Origin: an archaeon
GTDB taxonomy: Archaea > Iainarchaeota > Iainarchaeia > Iainarchaeales > VGJJ01
Length of the DNA stretch: 46,167 bases
Direction: 5' to 3'
Assembly (NCBI GenBank): GCA_038046225.1
Contig: JBBSWQ010000104.1
Location: 1-46,167, forward strand
Positions 1 through 7,248 of the stretch are shown piece by piece. The notes under the pieces are model-generated. The model was not told the DNA's origin, ran no database searches, and saw nothing but the letters and a program-made list of their open reading frames with translations. Made by a program: the position numbers and the translations under genes. The first letter of the stretch is position 1. Each line of letters begins with the position of its first letter.

Positions 1-838
1 TGGTCTCGGGCGTGGCGAGTTTCTCTTCCGAATAGGATAGGGAAATACTCCCTTGCTTAATCACCGAATAGATGTACATCCCCCACGGGTCGGCATCCAT
101 TAGTGCATACACGGGGAGCTTGTGTTCCTTGTTCAATCGTTGGACCAATCGTCGTTCGCCGCGGGCCGCTTGTCCTCTTCCCGTGATGATGATGCAGTCG
201 TTTTTCTGCCAGAACTTGTCTTCGTTGAATCGTCTCCATACGGCGTCCTTTTCGATGAATAATACGTAGGATGCGTCAATCTTCTTGATTTCCACCCGGT
301 CCTCTTCCACGTTGGATGGGACGCTCCATCCTCCGCTTCCCATTCTGGAGAGGTCGATCGTGTCTTTTCCGTCTTGCACGACCATGTTTCCGGAGATGAT
401 TCCTTTGGCCGAGGCGGCGAGATGGAGTTCTTCGCGGAGGAGGTTGAGGGATGCTTCCAAGTCTTCGATGAGGGGATCGCTTTCGGATTGGTCCTCGAAC
501 GTGTTTTCTTGGGTCCCTTCAATGGTGTGTTTTAATGCGTAGTAGAGATCACGAATGGACACCGTCGCGTTCTGGTGGATGACTTTCTTGATCTCGTTGG
601 CCACCAATGCGGTCTGCATGAATTTTCGTGTGTGGGCGATGTTGAGGAATTGCCTCTCTGATGTCTTGTCTCCCAGTTTGATGGTGCGTGATTTCTGGTC
701 GTAGAAGATGTTTCCCAGGGATCGCACGGGGAGCTCGATCGTGGGATTGTCTCCCTTGTTGATCTGTCCGACCAGTTGGTTTCCCATGGTTTCCAGTTTC
801 TTGATGACTTCCTTATCCTTTGTCTTCGTGTCGACCAT
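1..838 (-). CDS. top6A: DNA topoisomerase VI subunit A (Spo11-like), N-terminal ~279 aa; the gene runs off the window start
   Basis: Absent from the ORF track because there is no stop inside the window. My minus-strand translation from ATG 838-836 gives MVDTKTKDKEVIKKLE...VSIRDLYYALKH (catalytic Tyr context)...YVLFIEKDAVW...ITGRGQAARGERRLV...LMDADPWGMYI (Toprim). The ATG overlaps the top6B stop (TAATG). Confidence 0.85.
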   Translation of the reverse strand, partial: MVDTKTKDKEVIKKLETMGNQLVGQINKGDNPTIELPVRSLGNIFYDQKSRTIKLGDKTSERQFLNIAHTRKFMQTALVANEIKKVIHQNATVSIRDLYYALKHTIEGTQENTFEDQSESDPLIEDLEASLNLLREELHLAASAKGIISGNMVVQDGKDTIDLSRMGSGGWSVPSNVEEDRVEIKKIDASYVLFIEKDAVWRRFNEDKFWQKNDCIIITGRGQAARGERRLVQRLNKEHKLPVYALMDADPWGMYIYSVIKQGSISLSYSEEKLATPET

Positions 839-2586
839 TATTCCTCCCCTCCGTTCTCTTCATCGCCTTTTTTCGCTGCCTTTTTCCCTGTCTTGGCTTC
901 TTTTTCCTGTTTGTTTAATCGTGCGAGTTCTTTCTCTAGTTCCTCGTCGGATTCGGCTTCCAGTTCTTTCTCCTGCTGGTCGTCCAGTTTCAATCGTTTG
1001 GCTACGGTGTCCAATAGTTTGTGTTCGATGGGCTTTGGGTTCTGTTCCGTGAGCTCTCCCAGGGCGATGGCGACTTCCACGGCGTATTTCATGTAGATCC
1101 GTTTCTTTTCCTGTTTCAATCGTTCGCGTTCCTTTCCAATGATGTAGCGCGCCGTCCGTCTCCCTGCGTCCATGAGGGCGAGCCGAATCTCTTCCACAAT
1201 TTCTTCCTCGTTGGACACGGCCTGTTTTCCTGCCCCTGTGTAGGGGATGTGCACTGAGATGAGGTTGACGAAAATGGTCACGGGTGCTGTTTCCGCGTCC
1301 TTGATCCCGTATCGCTTCCAGTCCACGCTCTTGATGGCCTCGGTGATTCCGCATCCTCCCGTGTCGAATAATAGGGGTACGCGGTTGGCGAATCGCATGG
1401 CTTCCATGCGCATCTCTTCGCCTACTCTCCTTCCTGCTTTTCCTCCGTAGGCCACGGCGGCTTCCACTTGGAAGGGGTATCCTCCTTCCCGTACCGCGGG
1501 TTTTCGGGTGACCACGGATAGGAATTCGGGTTCCACAATCGATCGGAGGGATTTGTCCACTTGTTCTTCCCCGATGGGTCGGAGCATGTCCGTGCGGGGG
1601 GCGATGAATGTGACGGTTTTGAATGCCTTGATGAGTTCTTCAATTTCCTGCCATGATAATTGGTGGGGGTCCTTGTTCAGGTCGAAGGAGGTCTGTTTCT
1701 CAATCTCTTTGATCGCGTTGTCCCCCATCCGGTCCAATTCGGTCTTGAGGAATGAATTCGTCTTCCGGGAAGGGGTGGCCTTGGCCATGTTCAGGAGTTC
1801 ATCCACCGTGACCCCGCGGGGGTGGGGCTGCACTTCTTCAGGCTTGTCGGGAATCTTTTTGGCTGTCCGTTCGAATACGATGGTCTGTCCGGCCGGATCA
1901 GTAAATGTGATCTTGCAGTGGGGGTTGGCGATGGCTGTGCGTCGGAGGTATTCCAGGGGTCCTTGTTCATTGTTTACGTATTTCATTTCCTTGAATTGGG
2001 CCTTCACGATGGCTCCCCTGAATTTCTTGGTGAGGGGTTGAACATTGCTCACTTTGGGATTGTTGTACTTGGTGTCAATGCTCACGTCGCATGAGAATAC
2101 TTCGTGGGAGTTTCCCGTGACGACCTTCACTTCTTTGCCTGTGGTCATCTGGGATAGCATCGTGCATCCTGCGGCCCCTATTCCTTGCTGTCCCCTCATC
2201 TGCATGAGTCGGTGGAATTTGGTCCCTGCGAGTAATTGTCCGAATGCCTTTCCTACGGTTTCCTTCGTGAGTCCGGGTCCATTGTCGGCCGAGGTGACTT
2301 CGTAGTGCTCGTCCCCCAATTCTTTGATTTGGACGTCGATATCTGGGAGGATATCGGCATTTTCGCATGCGTCCAGGGAATTGGTCACGTATTCGTGGAT
2401 AATGGTCGTGAGTGCCTTGGTCTTTCCGCTCAATCCCAGCATTTGTTTGTTTTTTTTGAAGAATTCCGCCACGGAGTGTTCTCGGAACTCTTTCGCCATA
2501 TCGTCCGCGGTCACTCCTTCGTCCCGCGGATGGGCCGGTTTTTCCTTCTTTTCGTTGGTTTCCGTGGGTTTGGCCATCGTCTTCAC
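838..2586 (-). CDS. top6B: DNA topoisomerase VI subunit B (GHKL ATPase) with a Lys/Glu-rich C-terminal tail
   Basis: 582-aa ORF. Bergerat-fold motifs are present: EYVTNSLDAC, DNGPGL, GQQGIGAAG. It lies adjacent to and is coupled with top6A. GTG start at 2586. Confidence 0.9.
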   Translation of the reverse strand: MKTMAKPTETNEKKEKPAHPRDEGVTADDMAKEFREHSVAEFFKKNKQMLGLSGKTKALTTIIHEYVTNSLDACENADILPDIDVQIKELGDEHYEVTSADNGPGLTKETVGKAFGQLLAGTKFHRLMQMRGQQGIGAAGCTMLSQMTTGKEVKVVTGNSHEVFSCDVSIDTKYNNPKVSNVQPLTKKFRGAIVKAQFKEMKYVNNEQGPLEYLRRTAIANPHCKITFTDPAGQTIVFERTAKKIPDKPEEVQPHPRGVTVDELLNMAKATPSRKTNSFLKTELDRMGDNAIKEIEKQTSFDLNKDPHQLSWQEIEELIKAFKTVTFIAPRTDMLRPIGEEQVDKSLRSIVEPEFLSVVTRKPAVREGGYPFQVEAAVAYGGKAGRRVGEEMRMEAMRFANRVPLLFDTGGCGITEAIKSVDWKRYGIKDAETAPVTIFVNLISVHIPYTGAGKQAVSNEEEIVEEIRLALMDAGRRTARYIIGKERERLKQEKKRIYMKYAVEVAIALGELTEQNPKPIEHKLLDTVAKRLKLDDQQEKELEAESDEELEKELARLNKQEKEAKTGKKAAKKGDEENGGEE

Positions 2587-3116
2587 CTGAATTCGAACTC
2601 TTCGTCGTTGGTATGGGATTGCCGTAAGTAATTTAATACGCTGGCATGCTCGGCCCCCTTAATCAACATAAGGACGGCGTGTCGGGCTTTCTCCACATTA
2701 TCGGCTTTTCCAATGAGCCCGATGGTCTTTCCGTATACCTAAATATGCGTCTGCGTGGCGGCTTCGATCTTCTGCCGAATGGTTCCTTCCTTTCCGATGA
2801 TTCTTCCTTTCTTGCTCTGGATTTGTTTCCAGCTCTTTCCCAATTCTTCGGATAGGTTGATGAGCTCGAAATAGTATTCGTCATCCACGAGCTTCATGGC
2901 GTGTTCGGGGGAGAATCCTCTCCCTATCGCGCGGACGATATTGGCCGCTTTCAGGACGATGGCCGCGTCCTCTCCTTCTATTTCCACGTCCCCGTTCTTG
3001 CTGTCGATGCGTATCTTGGTTTGAGTCGCTTTTTCGACCGCCTTTTTGGTCCCCCCATTGGGTCCGATGGCGACCGCGACGCGATCCTTGGGTATTGCGA
3101 ATTCATCCGAAGGCAT
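2583..3116 (-). CDS. Two-KH-domain RNA-binding protein (aDim2/Pno1-like) interrupted by an in-frame TAG at 2739-2741
   Basis: The track ORF 2739-3116 ends ...IEAATQTHI*. The same frame continues VYGKTIGLIGKADNVEKARHAVLMLIKGAEHASVLNYLRQSHTNDEEFEFR, which completes the second KH domain. It stops at TGA 2583-2585, overlapping the top6B GTG start (GTGA). Conserved neighbourhood with RIO kinase and aIF1A. Confidence 0.7.
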
Positions 3117-3192
3117 GGGAGGGGATCCACCGGCAGGGGTGCATAGACACGCATTCGTAAAGAGGGTTTAAGAGGATTGGGGCGGGTCCGGC

Positions 3193-3951
3193 CTACTCTT
3201 TCCTTTCTTTGACCCTTTTTATGTCGGCATAAAATTGATCGTAGGTCAATTCCTTCATCCCGAGGCGGTGGAACACCTTGAGCATATTCTTGATGTCCCT
3301 TTCATAGAACGTTTTGGCATTGGGGTGGATGGTGGGCACGGTCTGTCCCACGTCGATGATGATGGGCATGTCATCCTTCACTAAAATGTTGTATTCCGAC
3401 AAATCTCCATGAATCAACTTGGCGTTCAGCATGGCCGCGATGGCCTTGACCACGTTTTCGTAGAATTTTTCCAGGTCCCCGATCCGGGCATCTTTGAGTC
3501 GGGGGGATGCTTCTCCTTTTTCTCCGATGAATTCCATCACGAGCACATTTTCTTTTGCCGCCAATGGCATGGGGGCGGGGACCCCGGCCTCTTTGAGCTT
3601 GCGCAGGGATGAGAATTCTTTCTGGGTCCATGCGAAGACGATTTGCCGCTTGTCGTTCTTTACTTTTTGGAATCGGGGGTCGAAGTGGAGATAATCTTCC
3701 ATTCGTTTGAAGTCCGATGTTTCGATCTTGTATATTTTTACCGCGCGATAGTGTCCATGGTTATCGGATGCGCGGAACACATGGGCCTCTTTGCCGGTGG
3801 AGATGGTGAATTCCAGGTGGTCGAAATGTCCAAGTGAGGCGAGGTTGTGGATGACGCGGATCACATTTTTGTCGAACACTTTCTCGAAGGTCTTCCTCAA
3901 ATCTTCTTCCGGAAAGAGCTTGGAGAGGTTGAATTCGTCTGGATTGCTCAT
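3193..3951 (-). CDS. rio1: RIO-type serine protein kinase
   Basis: 252 aa with kinase motifs STGKEAHVF, AVKIYK, LIHGDLSEYNILV, IIDVGQ. Ends with TAG. Conserved aIF1A-Rio-KH synteny. Confidence 0.85.
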   Translation of the reverse strand: MSNPDEFNLSKLFPEEDLRKTFEKVFDKNVIRVIHNLASLGHFDHLEFTISTGKEAHVFRASDNHGHYRAVKIYKIETSDFKRMEDYLHFDPRFQKVKNDKRQIVFAWTQKEFSSLRKLKEAGVPAPMPLAAKENVLVMEFIGEKGEASPRLKDARIGDLEKFYENVVKAIAAMLNAKLIHGDLSEYNILVKDDMPIIIDVGQTVPTIHPNAKTFYERDIKNMLKVFHRLGMKELTYDQFYADIKRVKERKE

Positions 3952-4009
3952 GGTAATCCTCGGTCGGAATTGATTATCCTACTGCCCATGCACCACCTAG
4001 CATTGACGA

Positions 4010-4282
4010 TTATTTATAGGTTCTATCCTTTTTTCTCTCGATCCCAAAAATAGTGACTTTCTTATTGGGCCAGTCAACGAGGTATTTGATTCGATGGGTT
4101 TGAATTCGGATTCTATATTCAGTATCGCTTCCGCTTAATTTTTCCACATCGAATTCTTTGGCAGGGGCAGGATACTGGCGTAGCGCCGAAATGGCCTCTG
4201 TTACTTTTTCTTTCAGTTTTGCATCGAGTTTTGAATACTCTTTTTCAGCCCGATGGCTAAACTCAACATAAAAGGATTCCAT
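4010..4282 (-). CDS. RelE/ParE-family type II toxin
   Basis: 90 aa. Pattern YRIRIQTHRIKYLVDW...VTIFGIERKKDRTY is typical of the RelE/ParE fold. A small upstream partner gene precedes it. Confidence 0.7.
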   Translation of the reverse strand: MESFYVEFSHRAEKEYSKLDAKLKEKVTEAISALRQYPAPAKEFDVEKLSGSDTEYRIRIQTHRIKYLVDWPNKKVTIFGIERKKDRTYK

Positions 4283-4289
4283 TAGAGGG

Positions 4290-4499
4290 TCACCCGTGGC
4301 GTTTTTTTACTTCTTCCCAAGAAATGACATTGCCTTCTGCAATATCCTTTCGGGCTTCCAGTATCTCTTTCAATTCTTTTTTAGTGGGTCTTACTTCTTT
4401 CACTCCCATTGCTTCTACGCGTATTTCGAGCTTATTGACCCGTTCCTGCAGCTGATGGATAGCTTGTGTTTCGCTCATGGAGGTAGTTCGCTTCTTCAT
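4290..4499 (-). CDS. Putative cognate antitoxin (small helical protein)
   Basis: 69-aa ORF lying 7 nt upstream of the RelE-like gene on the same strand. No specific family recognised. Confidence 0.45.
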   Translation of the reverse strand: MKKRTTSMSETQAIHQLQERVNKLEIRVEAMGVKEVRPTKKELKEILEARKDIAEGNVISWEEVKKRHG

Positions 4500-4661
4500 A
4501 TTCTTAATCCTACGGATGGTGTTCCGCCGACTAAATAAATCTGCTTCCCGAATTGCGTTGGGGGGTGCGTTCTTATCACTGCCCCTCCGGTTACAACCTA
4601 TTCGATGGATGTTTGGCGGATGGGTCCAGCGGTGTGTTTTCGCATTCCGTCTGGTTGGCCT

Positions 4662-4994
4662 TCAGATAGGCATTTTCTCGAGCGCACCCATGCGTCGGAG
4701 CTTCTCGGTCTGCATGGGGAGGTATCTCCACACCACGTCCGCTTTGATGGGCTGGAAGTCCCATAATCGTACGATGATGACGTCCCCTTCCCGCATCCAT
4801 ACTTTTTTCTTTAATTTTCCGGGGATGCGGCAGTGACGTTCTTTCCCATCTTCGCATTTGGCGAGGATCTGGTCTGTTCCGTGGAGTTTGACTACAATCG
4901 CGAACATTTCTCCGTGATCCCTATATGGCAATCGGAGGCGGTATCCGCCTTCGGGGGCGTCGGTGGTGGCAGGGGTAGTGGTGGGTTCGACCAT
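4662..4994 (-). CDS. eif1a: Translation initiation factor aIF1A
   Basis: 110 aa with an S1-like OB fold: MFAIVVKLHGTDQILAKCEDGKERHCRIPGKLKKKVWMREGDVIIV. Confidence 0.85.
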   Translation of the reverse strand: MVEPTTTPATTDAPEGGYRLRLPYRDHGEMFAIVVKLHGTDQILAKCEDGKERHCRIPGKLKKKVWMREGDVIIVRLWDFQPIKADVVWRYLPMQTEKLRRMGALEKMPI

Positions 4995-5318
4995 TCAATA
5001 TCCTCCTGTGGAATTCAGTTTATAGACTTGCGCGTGGGGAACTCCTTGGATTCGGATGATGTTTTTTTCTCCCAGAATCCCTTTTCTCATTGCGGTATTC
5101 ACGCATTTTTCGCCGACCAAATTGATGTTTCCGGCCTCCAACAATTGGACCCCAAGCTCGTCTTCCGTGATTTCTTCTCCGGAGTAGAATGTCTTGCTCA
5201 CGATAAAGGTTATTTTTCCTTCCTTCAATGTCTTCCCAATCAGCTCGGCATCCGCCGCAGCGAGGACTTCTCCCAAATCATTGGTATGGTGCTTGAATAC
5301 GATGGTCTTATCGTTCAA
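4995..5318 (-). CDS. DUF424-family archaeal protein
   Basis: 107 aa; AADAELIGKTLKEG...FYSGEE...NLVGEKCV...GVPHAQVY resembles DUF424/COG2412. Abuts the aIF1A start. Confidence 0.5.
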   Translation of the reverse strand: MNDKTIVFKHHTNDLGEVLAAADAELIGKTLKEGKITFIVSKTFYSGEEITEDELGVQLLEAGNINLVGEKCVNTAMRKGILGEKNIIRIQGVPHAQVYKLNSTGGY

Positions 5319-5324
5319 TGTTTC

Positions 5325-5738
5325 TCATCCTCGGATGGGCGAAATCGCTCCGCAGGCTTCGCACTTCAATTGTCTCACGCTGTTGTGTTCGATGTAATGC
5401 GTGTCGGGTTTTCCGCACTCCTTGCATAACACGTATTCGTCCAAAAATCGTTTGAACCAGTCATTGATTTGTTTTTCGGAGAATTTTCCCCCCATCATCA
5501 ATCGGTCCCCTTCCGGTTTGGCGGGGGATGCGCTTTCTTTCGTGAGGAATTTGAGGAGATCCTTGGGGTCTTCTCGGCGCATAATTTTGGTGAGCTGCGT
5601 GAAATTCTTGATGAATGTCTTCGGTCCCTGCGTGAAACTCTCTACGCGCGGGAATTCGAATCGTTCCTTGTCGAGGCTTCGCTGGGGGATGCGGGTATAG
5701 GCCCGGTCCAGCATTTCTTCGTAGGTGGGGATCGTCAT
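5325..5738 (-). CDS. eif2b: Translation initiation factor aIF2 beta subunit
   Basis: 137 aa with a C-terminal zinc ribbon: YVLCKECGKPDT...LKCEACGA. Confidence 0.85.
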   Translation of the reverse strand: MTIPTYEEMLDRAYTRIPQRSLDKERFEFPRVESFTQGPKTFIKNFTQLTKIMRREDPKDLLKFLTKESASPAKPEGDRLMMGGKFSEKQINDWFKRFLDEYVLCKECGKPDTHYIEHNSVRQLKCEACGAISPIRG

Positions 5739-5806
5739 ATCCTATTTTCCCCGGGAAAGTGTTTATAAAAGACCGTCCGGGGGAGATGGGGAAAATGGGT
5801 CGTTCC

Positions 5807-6310
5807 TTAGATGTATTCTCTTTCTACCTTGAGTTGGTCCGCGGGAATAAATTCGGGTTCGCCTTTCTCAGTGGGCTTTGCGGCGGTGGGTGACAGGGAT
5901 GAATGGGGATTCCCCCGCGTGGCTGCTCGTTCGTGGAAGGGTGGGAGGGTATCAATAACCGGTTGTTCTTTTTGCAGGGTTTCCCAGGTATTCCTGCTTT
6001 GTTCCTCGCAGTACGCGTATTCCCCTTCCTCAATAATCTTGGTCCATTTCGCCGCCAGCGATACATTTCCATCGGGTTGGGCGGTGATGATACCGTAGGC
6101 GCGGACCCGTTGTCCTATTTCATAGCGTTCCACGTATTGCTCTACGTACGCCCACCATACTCCTTTCGCATCTTCTCCCTTCAATATGGTCTCGTTGGGC
6201 TTGATCTTGACCTCAACCAGTTTTCCGTGCACAAAAACGGCCCGTTCGAGGAATGGGGTGCCCGGATAGAGGGCGGGGGCATACACGAATAGGACGGGTG
6301 ATTCAGTCAT
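5807..6310 (-). CDS. Hypothetical protein
   Basis: 167-aa ORF in an operon-like minus-strand array. No motif recognised. Confidence 0.4.
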   Translation of the reverse strand: MTESPVLFVYAPALYPGTPFLERAVFVHGKLVEVKIKPNETILKGEDAKGVWWAYVEQYVERYEIGQRVRAYGIITAQPDGNVSLAAKWTKIIEEGEYAYCEEQSRNTWETLQKEQPVIDTLPPFHERAATRGNPHSSLSPTAAKPTEKGEPEFIPADQLKVEREYI

Positions 6311-6340
6311 GCGAGAATGATGAGTGGGTCGCGTCTTCTT

Positions 6341-7207
6341 TTATTGGAATACTCCGGAGACCGATATGATACCATACGTGAGGACCATGAGGGCCACTTG
6401 CAGGGGAAGGGCAGGCAGGGCTTTTCCCACGTGCTTACTCCCATAATCCAGGGTGAAGGCCAGTCCCGCGAATGCGGCGAGCAGGATGATAATCGATGGG
6501 ACAACCGCTGGAATCCCCGATAATCCTCTCGTGATTGAGTCGTTGAGCACCGATACTCCGAACACGAGGGGCATGACCAGGTCCCCGGTTCCCAATTCGA
6601 ATTGGTGTTTGGGCGTGGGCATGGCGAACGTGAAGGAGAGATTCTTCTTCGCCACCGCCTTGGCCATGGTGACCATGTGTTTGGTCTTGTACACCGCGAT
6701 GTAATCGTAGACGGCTAATAAGATGAGGAAGATGATCACGGGCAATACGCCAATGCTCGCCCCGAGGAGAGAACCCACTCCCACGGTGGCGATAATGGAG
6801 GAGATGTTCCTCCAGATGAGGTATTGGGGCAGGATGATCCGAATCATGATGAGTCCTACTGCGAGGATGATGGCGATGGCCTGCACCATGTCCTTTTCCA
6901 CGATGGGGAGGTATGCGATGAGTCCCCAGAACGTGATGAAGGCCGTCGTGACCAATGCCATGGCCTCAATTCCCTTCAGCACCCAATACAGTATTTTGTC
7001 GGGGAAGAATTTGATGGCGATGAGGATGAAGGCCGTTCCCACGAGCATGTATCCAATGAGCCCGAGCGAATTGATGGGGTCCTCCGGGTCGTCATTGATG
7101 ATGGTGGTCTGCAGGTCTTCCTGGATGAGGTGGTATCCCACCAGCAGTCCCAATCCGTTCACGATGAGGAAGAACATTCCCAGCTGGAGTATCAATTCCC
7201 GGTCCAT
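6341..7207 (-). CDS. Presenilin/signal-peptide-peptidase-like intramembrane aspartyl protease (A22 family)
   Basis: 288-aa polytopic membrane protein with YD (LAVYDYIAV), GxGD (LGTGDLVMP) and PAL (KALPALP) motifs in canonical order. Confidence 0.75.
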   Translation of the reverse strand: MDRELILQLGMFFLIVNGLGLLVGYHLIQEDLQTTIINDDPEDPINSLGLIGYMLVGTAFILIAIKFFPDKILYWVLKGIEAMALVTTAFITFWGLIAYLPIVEKDMVQAIAIILAVGLIMIRIILPQYLIWRNISSIIATVGVGSLLGASIGVLPVIIFLILLAVYDYIAVYKTKHMVTMAKAVAKKNLSFTFAMPTPKHQFELGTGDLVMPLVFGVSVLNDSITRGLSGIPAVVPSIIILLAAFAGLAFTLDYGSKHVGKALPALPLQVALMVLTYGIISVSGVFQ

Positions 7208-7248
7208 GGAGAGGTAAAGGGGCCCAATCCTTTTAATGAAAGGGGGTT

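Noticed and set aside
3193-3195. Genome-wide reassignment of TAG to a sense codon, as an explanation for the KH-gene TAG
   Set aside because: TAG ends the RIO kinase at its expected C terminus, with no sensible continuation and the next gene in another frame. It also terminates minD (23435-23437) and the Roadblock-like gene (20522-20524). TAG therefore behaves as a normal stop in this window.
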